From: an uncultured candidatus Brocadiaceae bacterium
Lineage (GTDB): Bacteria; Planctomycetota; Brocadiia; SM23-32
Direction: 5' to 3'
Length of the DNA: 50,467 bases
NCBI GenBank assembly: GCA_964605915.1
Contig: CAZSET010000002.1
Coordinates: 1-50,467, forward strand
The notes under the pieces are model-generated. The model had not been told where the DNA came from. It did not search any database and worked only from the letters and a program-made list of their open reading frames with translations. Shown here one piece after another: positions 18,641 through 27,657 of the stretch. The stretch's first letter is position 1, and every line of letters begins with the position of its first letter. A program made the translations under genes and the position numbers.

Positions 18641-20725
18641 ATTGCCTGAAACGACGTAGTAGCGCCCCTTGCTGCTCTTGTGGCTGCTCAGGCGCATCTT
18701 CAGGTTGTAGGTGCCATGCTTCTCGTAGTAGTCCCTCGCGGCGTACGGCACCACGATTTGGTTCGAGCGCGTGCTCTGCTCTGCCTCGCCAAACACATAC
18801 TCGACTGGCGCCTCGTCGGCCAGGATGCGATGCCACGCAGCCGACCCCGGCCAGAGGACGGCCATCTCGTCCCAATCCTTCGCGTTCCTGGCTTTCCAGT
18901 ATGCCCTCGCCACCTCTCCCGGCGTGCCGGGCCAGGTCTCGCGGGCGTCGACGATCGCGATGGCTGTGTCGAACTCCGCTTGCAGCGGAGTTGACACGCC
19001 CCATGTGGCGAGCATCTCTGGAGTAACGCTCTCCGGGTCCAGCAGCTCGTCCGGGATGTCCACCTCGGTGTCGAGGTGTACGACGACTATCTGCGGCGAG
19101 GCAGCGCGAAGGTTGCTGGTGCTCTCGTGCACTATTCTCTTCGCATACCACTGGCCCTCCGGCGTCTGCCCGTATTCGGCGATCCGGCTCGTCCGGGTGC
19201 CGCGATAGTCCTTCATCTCGTCCAGGTCGCACAGCCAACGGCGCTTGGTGAGGTCGGGATCGGCGCCCTTCATCCAATCCCTGTCCTCCTGCCACGCTGC
19301 GTTGGCGTCTTCCAGTTGCTCCATCTCCTCGCGGGCATAGTCGCGCGCGGGGTTCCAGAACCTTCTGATCCGGCTGGGGAACCATGAGATCTCTCTGTTG
19401 TCGACGCGTCCCTGTGTGTCGTATCCAGTGCCCAGCAGGTGCCCGAACTGCCCTTCCTTCCCGGGGAACACCTTCTCTCCCGTCTTGTGGATCGCCGAGG
19501 ACCAGGTCAGGTCTTCCACGGTGTTACCGCCGGCCACGCCCTGGGTCGTGTCCCGCTGGAGCTCGCCCTCGGGGCTCAGCGAGACCCGAACGCCCTTGGA
19601 GCGAATGGAGTTCTCGTTGAAGTAGACGTCCCGGGGTGCTACCTGTTCGGCCCATTTCTCGAGGGCCGCGCCGTCGTCGGCCGGCAGCCGCTCAAGCAAT
19701 TCCTCGAGCCCACGGCCCCCCGGCAGGGCCAGGGCCACGGGTTCCCTGCCCCACTCCATTCGGTAGCGCCCGTTCTTCTTGTACACCACCACCAACTGGC
19801 TCAGCTCATACGACGTGCCGTTGCGGGAGGCATGCCCTCGCCAGATGATCGCGCGGTAGCTGGGAGCAAAGCTGCTCCGGGCCTGCTCAACTCTCTCGTG
19901 CAGTTGCAGAAGGTCCGTGGTCGGGAGGTTCTCCACAACCTTGGCGTCGCGGGGCACTCCGAGCGCGTAGATGTCCGCAGGCCCTGAATCCGGGTAATCG
20001 AAGGCCAATTCCATGGGTCCGCATCCACCAGGAGGACACGCCTGGCTCTCTATCCTGACCAGCCGTTGCGTCGACGAGTCGACCGTCAACGTGGCCTCCA
20101 TGGCCTCCTCGTTGTTCAGGGTGACCGTGTAGACCTCGTACTTCCTCCCGTCCACCAGCACATGGCGTTTGGTGATCTCGATGAGTCCCTCTTGCTCGGC
20201 ACGTTCGAGCTGCGTCAGCATGGCAGCCAGGAAGCTCGACGCCTGGAGCATTTCAGGCGCTTCGGCCAGGTAAAGGACCGTGAGCGTGTTCGTCGCGGGG
20301 TCATACTTGTACTCGCGATGTGCTTCGGCGTCGGCCGCCTCGACCTGGTCTCCCCGCTTCACGAAGGTGCGGAAGGGGCGCAGTGAACCCCAGCCTTCGA
20401 CCTCTTGGCCGCCTGCTGTCCCGGTCACGTGCAGCCATTGTGCCGCCTGGGAGTTTTGCGCCGCCTCCATGAGTTCCGCGTACGCGGATGGCATGACGCC
20501 ACGTCCGCTCAGCAGGTAGCGTCCGGCGAGCAGGGCAAGACACACGGCTGCGATGGTTGCTCCAACGCGAAGCAGTCGCTTTCGGGAGAGCCCGTGGTGT
20601 CCTGCCTCTCCACGCCGCATTGCCTCGGCCCATAGCTCTCTCATCCGGTTCTCAAGCCGCGGAGAGGGATCGAGCTCAATCCCTTTGAGCAGGCGCTCCG
20701 TTTCTTTCTTGTCGATTGCATTCAT
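18638..20725 (-). CDS. Single-pass membrane protein with a ~620-aa extracytoplasmic domain; putative anti-sigma factor of the adjacent ECF sigma
   Basis: The ATG overlaps the sigma-factor stop (ATGA at 20722-20725). A short cytoplasmic N-terminus is followed by one TM segment (LLRVGATIAAVCLALLAGRYLL) and a large non-repetitive domain. No HxxxCxxC zinc-anti-sigma motif was seen. Confidence 0.7.
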   Translation of the reverse strand: MNAIDKKETERLLKGIELDPSPRLENRMRELWAEAMRRGEAGHHGLSRKRLLRVGATIAAVCLALLAGRYLLSGRGVMPSAYAELMEAAQNSQAAQWLHVTGTAGGQEVEGWGSLRPFRTFVKRGDQVEAADAEAHREYKYDPATNTLTVLYLAEAPEMLQASSFLAAMLTQLERAEQEGLIEITKRHVLVDGRKYEVYTVTLNNEEAMEATLTVDSSTQRLVRIESQACPPGGCGPMELAFDYPDSGPADIYALGVPRDAKVVENLPTTDLLQLHERVEQARSSFAPSYRAIIWRGHASRNGTSYELSQLVVVYKKNGRYRMEWGREPVALALPGGRGLEELLERLPADDGAALEKWAEQVAPRDVYFNENSIRSKGVRVSLSPEGELQRDTTQGVAGGNTVEDLTWSSAIHKTGEKVFPGKEGQFGHLLGTGYDTQGRVDNREISWFPSRIRRFWNPARDYAREEMEQLEDANAAWQEDRDWMKGADPDLTKRRWLCDLDEMKDYRGTRTSRIAEYGQTPEGQWYAKRIVHESTSNLRAASPQIVVVHLDTEVDIPDELLDPESVTPEMLATWGVSTPLQAEFDTAIAIVDARETWPGTPGEVARAYWKARNAKDWDEMAVLWPGSAAWHRILADEAPVEYVFGEAEQSTRSNQIVVPYAARDYYEKHGTYNLKMRLSSHKSSKGRYYVVSGN

Positions 20726-21228
20726 TTCGGTCTTGCTCCTGTCAATCGCTTATGCACTTCCGCCAGCGCGCGGTTGTAGCGCTCGTGAGCGGCGCTCTTC
20801 CCGATGCCCTGAAGGCGCGCGATATGTCTGAAAGGCAACTCTCCCCAGATCTTCAGCACCAATACTCCGCGCAGATCGTGGGGTAACCCACCCAGGGCGT
20901 CGAGTGCGGCGTTCGCTTCTTCTTCACGTGCCGCCGCAGCCGCGGGGTCTTGGACTTCCGACAGTATCTCAGACGGGTCGGGAGGGTCGGTCCGATGGCG
21001 CTTGCGGTATCGGAGCCAGTCGAGTGCCTGGTTTCGGACGCACACGACGAGGTATCTGCGCAAGCTGCTCTTGCGGCGGGGCCACGATGAGTTCTGCAGA
21101 AGCCTGGCGAAGACGTCGTGGACCGCATCTTCCGCTGCGCCCTGGTCGCCTGTAAGGGCGAACGCCATGGTCAGGAGGCGTTTCTTGTGGCGTTCATAGG
21201 CTCTTCGCAGCGCGTCAACCGTGTCCAA
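20722..21228 (-). CDS. ECF (sigma-24) family RNA polymerase sigma factor
   Basis: Region 2: LLTMAFALTGDQGAAEDAVHDVFARLL and RYLVVCVRNQALDWLRYRKR. Region 4: LPHDLRGVLVLKIWGELPFRHIARLQGIGKSAAHERYNRALAEV. TTG start at 21228 with GGAGG 10 nt upstream. Confidence 0.9.
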   Translation of the reverse strand: MDTVDALRRAYERHKKRLLTMAFALTGDQGAAEDAVHDVFARLLQNSSWPRRKSSLRRYLVVCVRNQALDWLRYRKRHRTDPPDPSEILSEVQDPAAAAAREEEANAALDALGGLPHDLRGVLVLKIWGELPFRHIARLQGIGKSAAHERYNRALAEVHKRLTGARPK

Positions 21229-21420
21229 GTGGCCGTTGCCTCCGTTCTGCTTGTGAGCTGAAGGCGATCCCGCGGGGAGGCCCTCTACAATGTTAACGTT
21301 TGGAGAGCGCCTCTGTCCGGCAGGAATCGGCGGAATCTAGGAGCCGCCGTCACAAATCGGTGCCAGGCAAGCATGCTGGCCGAGCGGATGGTGGGATTTC
21401 AGAATCGCCTGGATTGGGTC

Positions 21421-21449
21421 TTGACATGCTGCTACACATGTAGTAGACT
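21421..21449 (+). promoter_or_regulatory. blaI-blaR1 promoter (TTGACA-N17-TAGACT) with an embedded TACA-N2-TGTA dyad (candidate BlaI operator)
   Basis: TTGACA at 21421-21426, 17-nt spacer, TAGACT at 21444-21449. The dyad TACAcaTGTA at 21433-21442 lies inside the spacer. RBS GGGAGG sits 6 nt before ATG 21480. Confidence 0.55.
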
Positions 21450-21479
21450 TGCGGGCACTATGGCAACGGGAGGCAGCCA

Positions 21480-21857
21480 ATGAATCTGACGAGCGCAGAA
21501 TGGCACGTGATGAACGCACTCTGGCAAGACTGGCCGGCCACGGCCCGGGAGATCGAGGCGAGGCTTTCTGACGAGGTCGATTGGGCCTACACCACACTCC
21601 GATCGGTCCTTGCCCGATTGGAGGAGAAGGGGGCTGTGAAGGAGTACAAGAGGAGCAACGTCAGTTTCTACGAGCCCATCCTGACCAGGCGGAAGGCTCG
21701 CATGGCAACGCTCCAGTCGGTGGTGAGCGAGGCTTTCGAGGGCGCTTTCGGACCGCTGGTGCACTTCCTTGTCGAAGAGGACGCGCTATCGGAGGAAGAA
21801 AGACGGAAGTTGATGGACGCACTGGGGCACGAAAAAGAGGGGGCCGACGATGACTGA
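21480..21857 (+). CDS. blaI: BlaI/MecI/CopY-family winged-helix transcriptional repressor
   Basis: LTSAEWHVMNALWQDWPATAREIEARLSDEVDWAYTTLRSVLARLEEKGAVKEYKRSNVSFYEPIL is the canonical Penicillinase_R-type fold sequence. The gene overlaps the downstream M56 gene by 8 nt. Confidence 0.92.
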   Translation: MNLTSAEWHVMNALWQDWPATAREIEARLSDEVDWAYTTLRSVLARLEEKGAVKEYKRSNVSFYEPILTRRKARMATLQSVVSEAFEGAFGPLVHFLVEEDALSEEERRKLMDALGHEKEGADDD

Positions 21858-24800
21858 GACATTGAACAGAATGGGGGAGGGGTGGTGGTCCTGGGTGGGC
21901 GCGATGGCCTGGCAGGTGGCCCTGCTCGCGCTGGTGGTGTGGCTCATCGACCTGGTGCTCCGGCGGCGCGGCTGGCCGCAGGTCCGCTATGCCTTGTGGG
22001 CGCTGGTTCTGGTGAAGCTGTTCATTCCGCCGACCTTTGCCCTCCCCAGCAGCGTCGTTAGCCGCGTGCTCCCGGGCGGCGAGCAGGCAGTTGCCGTGGC
22101 TGCGCCGGTGCGCGTGGAGCTTCCCGAGCCGGCGGAGCCGGCGGCCTTCCAGCCCATGGACCGCGCGGTGTCGGCGGTTCCTCAGGCCGAACCACTTGTT
22201 GCATCCCTCGTGCCCGCGGAGCCCCCTGCACCTGCAAGCAGACCATCCCTCTCCCTGAAAGCGTCGGCAATGCTCGGAAGCGGTACCGTAAGTCTCTTGC
22301 TTCTTGCCTGGCTCATCTGTCGGGCGCTCAGGCTGCGCAGGCTGATCCTGGCTGATTCGACGAAGATCACACCTGACTGGATCAACGGCGTGGTGGCGTG
22401 CTGTGCTCGCCGGCTCGGCCTCCGGGCGGTTCCGCCCGTCGTTGTCACCGAAGGGGTGAAGAGCGCGGCGGTCTTCGGCATCTTTCGGCCGGTCCTGCTG
22501 TTGCCTGTGCAGGCACTTGAGGATGCCTCTGCTGAGCGGACCTGTCCGCCGAAGCCAGAAGGGCGAAGGCGCATGGAACATATCATGCTCCACGAGCTTG
22601 CCCACGTGAAGCGCGGCGACCTGGTGATGAACACGGCGCAGGCCCTGGTGCAGGTCGCCTTCTGGTTCCACCCGGCTGTCTGGCTGGCGGGCATGCACCT
22701 TCGCCACCTGCGGGAGCTATGCTGCGACGCCAGCGTGTCCAGGCTCCTTCGCGAACGCACCTCCGAGTACCGGGAGACCCTGGTGGACGCTGCCCGCCGG
22801 ATGATCTTCGGCACGGAGAGGCCGGGCCTGGGCCTGCTGGGGCTCTTTGAGAACGCGAGCCGCCTGCGCCAGCGCCTGCATCATCTGGAGAAGCCGTCCT
22901 GGAAGCACCGACGGCTGAAAGTCATCGCCTCCCTGGCGGCGGCCGCCCTGATGGTCGCCCTGATCGTGCCTATGGCGCGGATGGCGCGCGCGGAGTCCTC
23001 TCTCCTGGAAAGCCTGCAGAGCGGCGCAGGCGAGGCAAGGGGACGGGCGGCGTGGCGTCTGCTTGAATCGTGCCAACAGGGCCGAGTCAGTGCGAGGGAT
23101 GCCGAGCGGATTGCCCAGGTCCTGCTGCCCCGGCTCGGCAGCGCCGCCGACAGGCTCACGTCTCGGACCGAGGCAGGGCCGAGCATCTATGGTTCGGAGA
23201 TCGCCCTCGCGTGGGGCCTGATAACGAACGACCTGGTGGCACAGTCCACGGCGATTGAGCTTGCGCACAATCTCGGGGCGGCCCGGTGTCAGTACGTGCC
23301 CGGGACGGGGGCACACATCGAGCTCCGTGGGAGACTGATGCGAGCGCCGGTTGGCGTGGTGATGCACCGGGTTCTCCGTGTCAGGGGCATCGACGGACAG
23401 GCCGTGGACGAGAGGGGCCTTGAGCTCTTCATCCTTCTCCATCGCCCATCACCCGTCACCTGGTCGCACCGGGAGCCGCTGGCGTTGACTCCGGCTCCCG
23501 CCCGATCCCTGGCCGTTGAAGTGGATACTGCCTTCTATCAGTTGCCACCGGAATTGATGGACGCTCTGCCGGCCAGCGCGAGATCGTTCTCCCCGGAGAA
23601 GATCGCTCTGGTGAGAGAAGCCCTCGGGGGCACCCAGGCACGGAAGCTTGTGGCGTACACCGACCATGCCCTGCTTACTGCGGAATCGGGATGGCAGAGC
23701 GCCCTCGCGCTGGAACCCGACGAGGCAAGCCCGCCGGCCGAGAGGCCGAGGAAGTATGCCGGCACGCTGCCCAACGGCGTGACCGTGGAGCTGGTCGGCG
23801 TCTCCTACCATCCGTCCCAAGGCGAACAGTGGTGGCGGCCGGACGGCACAACACTGGCAGAAGCGCCGTACGACAAGATGGACGGAAGCGTATCGGGTGG
23901 GCCCGGCGATCCTGTGAAGGCCTACGAATTCGCCCTCCGGACTGGAAATACAACGAACGGCATCGCCAGCGTCAGATGCAGATTCGAACCGAATGCGGGT
24001 TCTTCGGCAAGCGACGGCTCCCCTGGGAAAGGTGAGGGCGAACTGACCAACGTCCGGGCAATTGCTGCGACGTTGCCAGAGGGAGCCTCGAGGTGCACAA
24101 TGCGCGTGGGGGTGGCGGGCACCGCATGGCAGACTCTGGCAAGTGCAGACGGGAAAGGCTCTGCCAGCATGGGCGGAAACCTCGGCTCGGCTGCCTTCTC
24201 GGACGCATACGAGGTTGACGGAGAGGTCCGGATCGTCGTCACGGCGGATCAGTATGGGGCCGACTACCGCGTCCTTGCGACCACCCGGTCAGGCCAGACA
24301 AGATCTGCCGCCGGCACGAGCTTCTCCAGGGTGGGTGGCGCTGTGCAGATAGCGGCCGCTTTCCCCGGGTTAAGGCGGGAGGACGTTCAGGCATTCTCCC
24401 TCCAGACGCGCCTCTTCCAGCGCGTTGAGTTCCGGAACGTCTCGCTGGAGCCGGGGCATAGGACGGACGTGCAGGTCGTCGAACCTGAAACAGAGATCAT
24501 CCCCATCGGGACATCGCGTGTGCAGCCAAAGATCCTGGAGACCGTCAAGAAGCCGCAAGAGTTGACCTTCGGCCCTGTGATCGAGCGCACGGTCAGGGGC
24601 TCTCGTCAACGCACGGGATGTTACATTGATTTTGATACGGGGGGATTGCTGAGCCCGCCTTCCCAGGATACCCCGGGGGATGCCGTGGCTTTCTCGGCCT
24701 GGATTCAAGAGGACGGCATTGACGCCGTCGGTATAGCTTCCGAGAGCGAAAGACGCTTGGGGGGCTTCCACCTCGTAGCGCTTCCCGTTGCGAACGAACG

Positions 24801-27411
24801 TTGGAACACATCGCCATTAGAGGTCGCACGCACGGTCAGTGGGGCGTCCCCGGCTCCCGTAACGCACATGCGGGCAAGCCAGGACCTGCCGGCCACGTTT
24901 TTCATCAAAACGCGCGAAGGCGGTATCGGCATCGTACAGATACAGGACAACGGCCACCGACGTGCCGAAGAGCTAAGCGTTCGTTTCCAGATGTTGTCTG
25001 CCCGGGCTGCGGAGGGAGCAGCAGAAGCTGTGAGCGCCGACCCTTCAATTCGGCTGGTGGCTGTGGCGAATCTCAAGACAGGGAAAACGGTAGATGAACA
25101 CGGGAACCGAATACTCGACATGCCAGAGGGACCGGCAGTGCCTGATCCGGAACGGCTGGAGGCGCCTCTGGTGATCTGGGTAGACGTAACTGGTGGGGAC
25201 CGCAAATCATTGGTGGACTGGTCCTTGGCCGATCGCGAATCGGGACGTTATCTCGGCGGTGGCGGATCACAGAGGCACCACACCTACGAAACCGAAGACG
25301 GTACCAGAGTGTATCGAGCGGCTTTGCAGATGAGGCTGCCCTTGGACGTGGCAGCCGCGCTGGAGCTTCGCGCGAGAGTCGCTGCCGGGAACTGGTATCA
25401 AGTGGGTGACGCGATGGATGTCCAAGAACTTGAGAAGCATCTATCAAGGCCAGACACGCCTGTCTATACCCTCAGCATTGACGGCATTGCTGTTACCAAC
25501 TTGCGGGAAGCAGGTGACGGGGCGCAAATAACCTTAGCAGTGCCAAATTCGATCTGGCGTCAAAGGGTATTCTGGGCTCGAGCTACGCGCATAGACGGCG
25601 AGGCCGTCGAACCCCTTGCGTGGAATCCAGGCACTGAGACAGTGAGCGTGGTTTCTTTCACATTCTCCCGGCAAAAACTTTCCCAGCTGGACTCAATCAC
25701 CGTTCTACAGCGGCCAGCTCACGACATGGCCATCGACCTGCCCACCCCTTCGGTGAGTGCGACCTCAACTGAGGTCGAGCAAGAAACCGAGCCGGGGAAA
25801 CTGACCTTCGGCCCGGTGATCGAGCGGGTGGTTGGCGATGAGCCCAAGGTGCCGGACTGTACCATCGATTTAGACAGCGGAGTGCTCTACACGTTTCCAG
25901 TTGACCTGAAATTCGACGATGAGTCGGTGTTGGCGTGGTGTCGGAAGAACGGGGTTGATGCGATTGGTGAAGTGGGCGGAACACGAGGAGGTCTGGGGCC
26001 TGTGGATGCGGCTGTGATCTCTGCTACTACCGAGATGTGGGCCGCTTCATCCGCGGAGATACGGAAGCAAATCGCATCAGAGCCGGCGGCACCGTTCGAC
26101 ACCAGCTACATGATGCGGACTGCCAAGGATGAAGTACCTGCGACTTGGCTCTTTAGAACCCGCGAAGGCGGCATGGGTATCCTGCAGATCGTCGGCTTCA
26201 CCGAGGACCCGAAGGGAGTCAAGATCCGCTACAAAATGGTGCGCGAGGCAGCAGGGGACGACGGTGTCGGCCAGTCGCCAACGTCGCCGTGCCAGCCTGC
26301 GGAGCGGCTGGTCCAGGCACTGCGTGCCGAGGACCAGGGCGCGGTGGACGCCATCCTGGAGTCCCATCGGAGCTTTGACTATGACGGACTGAGCTTGCGC
26401 TACGACGATTTCCGGGACGGCCAGACCGTGCATCCCACTTTGAGGTACGTGCAAGATGAGAGGATATCCTACGACTTGATGGCGGCAATGGCACAGGTGA
26501 CGGTCGGACGGGCAGGCGAATGGCCTACGTTCACGCTCAAAGACTGCAGGGCCGTCTGCGACGCAGGAGACGAAGGGCTTCGAAGGCAGCTGGCCGCCGC
26601 CGAAGCCCAGTGCAAGGTCGACCCGTCGCGGCTGGGTCAAGCCGGCAGGGAGGCACGCTTCGCACTGAAAGGATTCGAGTTGCGCTGGGGGGACTGGACG
26701 CTTACGGCCCGGGCTGTGGCGGGTGCCGGAACGGAGGCCTTTACTATCTCCGGCCCTGCGGCGACGCTGGGCAATTCCGATCCCCCGCTCCGCCTTGTCG
26801 TCACGGCCCAGAGGGCCACCTATTCCCCGGAAACGGGGACCGTGAGCTTTCGCGGCAGCGTCGAGGCCAGGCGCGGCAATCTTCAGCTTACCGCGGACGA
26901 ACTCACGGTAAAGCGACCCTCGCACGCTATGGTGATCGATGGCCGCTTCGTGCTGCGGGGACGGAGCATTCGCGCCGGCAGCAGTCCGCTGGATGTCGAG
27001 CTGACGGGCCAAGGGGGCGAAGCTGACTTGACCCAGGAAAGACTGGCTGTCTCGGGAGGGCTCACGGTCGTGATCCGCAATCTTTCCGGCGACATCCTCG
27101 CCCAACTGTCCGGGTTGGATGCCTCCGAAATCAGGGGCGCGGAATTGGTGCTGAAGTGCACGGGCCCTGCGGCCTACGACCGGAAGGCAGGGGTGGCAGA
27201 GCTTGCGCAGTTCACGCTGAGCATCGGTGGCAAGCGAATTCTCAAAGGCGATACACTCGAGGTGAGCCGCGCATCCGAGAGCGACGGACGGCTCCGGATC
27301 AAGGCGACCGGTTCGGTGGACGTCCGCCGCCAGGGAGTCACGCTGCAGCGCGACAGCATCGAGATTCTGTGCGGCCCCGACGACGCGGAGGCGGACATCA
27401 CGCGTTTCTGA
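21850..27411 (+). CDS. BlaR1/M56-family zinc-metallopeptidase sensor-transducer with a ~1480-aa extracytoplasmic extension
   Basis: The N-terminal TM helices, the HEXXH motif HELAHVKRGD (22591-22605 encodes HELAH) and FWFHPAVWL are typical of peptidase M56. A further TM segment (VIASLAAAALMVALIVPMA) follows. The large C-terminal region contains two homologous ~147-aa modules and a C-terminal beta-rich repeat region. Confidence 0.9.
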   Translation: MTETLNRMGEGWWSWVGAMAWQVALLALVVWLIDLVLRRRGWPQVRYALWALVLVKLFIPPTFALPSSVVSRVLPGGEQAVAVAAPVRVELPEPAEPAAFQPMDRAVSAVPQAEPLVASLVPAEPPAPASRPSLSLKASAMLGSGTVSLLLLAWLICRALRLRRLILADSTKITPDWINGVVACCARRLGLRAVPPVVVTEGVKSAAVFGIFRPVLLLPVQALEDASAERTCPPKPEGRRRMEHIMLHELAHVKRGDLVMNTAQALVQVAFWFHPAVWLAGMHLRHLRELCCDASVSRLLRERTSEYRETLVDAARRMIFGTERPGLGLLGLFENASRLRQRLHHLEKPSWKHRRLKVIASLAAAALMVALIVPMARMARAESSLLESLQSGAGEARGRAAWRLLESCQQGRVSARDAERIAQVLLPRLGSAADRLTSRTEAGPSIYGSEIALAWGLITNDLVAQSTAIELAHNLGAARCQYVPGTGAHIELRGRLMRAPVGVVMHRVLRVRGIDGQAVDERGLELFILLHRPSPVTWSHREPLALTPAPARSLAVEVDTAFYQLPPELMDALPASARSFSPEKIALVREALGGTQARKLVAYTDHALLTAESGWQSALALEPDEASPPAERPRKYAGTLPNGVTVELVGVSYHPSQGEQWWRPDGTTLAEAPYDKMDGSVSGGPGDPVKAYEFALRTGNTTNGIASVRCRFEPNAGSSASDGSPGKGEGELTNVRAIAATLPEGASRCTMRVGVAGTAWQTLASADGKGSASMGGNLGSAAFSDAYEVDGEVRIVVTADQYGADYRVLATTRSGQTRSAAGTSFSRVGGAVQIAAAFPGLRREDVQAFSLQTRLFQRVEFRNVSLEPGHRTDVQVVEPETEIIPIGTSRVQPKILETVKKPQELTFGPVIERTVRGSRQRTGCYIDFDTGGLLSPPSQDTPGDAVAFSAWIQEDGIDAVGIASESERRLGGFHLVALPVANERWNTSPLEVARTVSGASPAPVTHMRASQDLPATFFIKTREGGIGIVQIQDNGHRRAEELSVRFQMLSARAAEGAAEAVSADPSIRLVAVANLKTGKTVDEHGNRILDMPEGPAVPDPERLEAPLVIWVDVTGGDRKSLVDWSLADRESGRYLGGGGSQRHHTYETEDGTRVYRAALQMRLPLDVAAALELRARVAAGNWYQVGDAMDVQELEKHLSRPDTPVYTLSIDGIAVTNLREAGDGAQITLAVPNSIWRQRVFWARATRIDGEAVEPLAWNPGTETVSVVSFTFSRQKLSQLDSITVLQRPAHDMAIDLPTPSVSATSTEVEQETEPGKLTFGPVIERVVGDEPKVPDCTIDLDSGVLYTFPVDLKFDDESVLAWCRKNGVDAIGEVGGTRGGLGPVDAAVISATTEMWAASSAEIRKQIASEPAAPFDTSYMMRTAKDEVPATWLFRTREGGMGILQIVGFTEDPKGVKIRYKMVREAAGDDGVGQSPTSPCQPAERLVQALRAEDQGAVDAILESHRSFDYDGLSLRYDDFRDGQTVHPTLRYVQDERISYDLMAAMAQVTVGRAGEWPTFTLKDCRAVCDAGDEGLRRQLAAAEAQCKVDPSRLGQAGREARFALKGFELRWGDWTLTARAVAGAGTEAFTISGPAATLGNSDPPLRLVVTAQRATYSPETGTVSFRGSVEARRGNLQLTADELTVKRPSHAMVIDGRFVLRGRSIRAGSSPLDVELTGQGGEADLTQERLAVSGGLTVVIRNLSGDILAQLSGLDASEIRGAELVLKCTGPAAYDRKAGVAELAQFTLSIGGKRILKGDTLEVSRASESDGRLRIKATGSVDVRRQGVTLQRDSIEILCGPDDAEADITRF
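24559..24996 (+). repeat. Intragenic protein module copy 1 (ELTFGPVIER...PATFFIKTREGGIGIVQI...)
   Basis: Shares LTFGPVIER-V, C-ID-D-G-L, W---G-DA-G and PAT--F-TREGG-GI-QI with copy 2. The first ~26 nt are nearly identical at DNA level (TGACCTTCGGCCC-GTGATCGAGCG). Confidence 0.6.
25798..26241 (+). repeat. Intragenic protein module copy 2 (KLTFGPVIER...PATWLFRTREGGMGILQI...)
   Basis: See copy 1. By eye the two copies are about 30 percent identical over ~147 aa, with the same order of conserved blocks. Confidence 0.6.
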
Positions 27412-27423
27412 TGCTACTTTGTC

Positions 27424-27657
27424 ATGTTCGCCAGTTGCGCGCTGAACCAATGGGCCTTGCTCTGTAGGTGCTCTTTGAAAAGTTGGCCGTTGTGTAGAAG
27501 CCAGCACTCCGGGAAGCGCTGCCTCTACGCGCTTGCGCCCGACGGAACGGCCAGCAAGGAGGTCTTGCGCGACCTGGTCCATCTTTCGGCGAAGGGCTAT
27601 GCGATCTGGGCTGAGGAGATCGAGCCGATGGTGGCAGAACTGATGGGAGAGAAGTGA
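27424..27657 (+). pseudogene. SGNH/GDSL-hydrolase C-terminal remnant
   Basis: [38 protein letters not shown] matches the C-terminal DxxH block (D..HLs.kGY..WA..i.P) of SGNH esterases. No N-terminal GDS block is present and the upstream frame is non-homologous. Confidence 0.4.
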
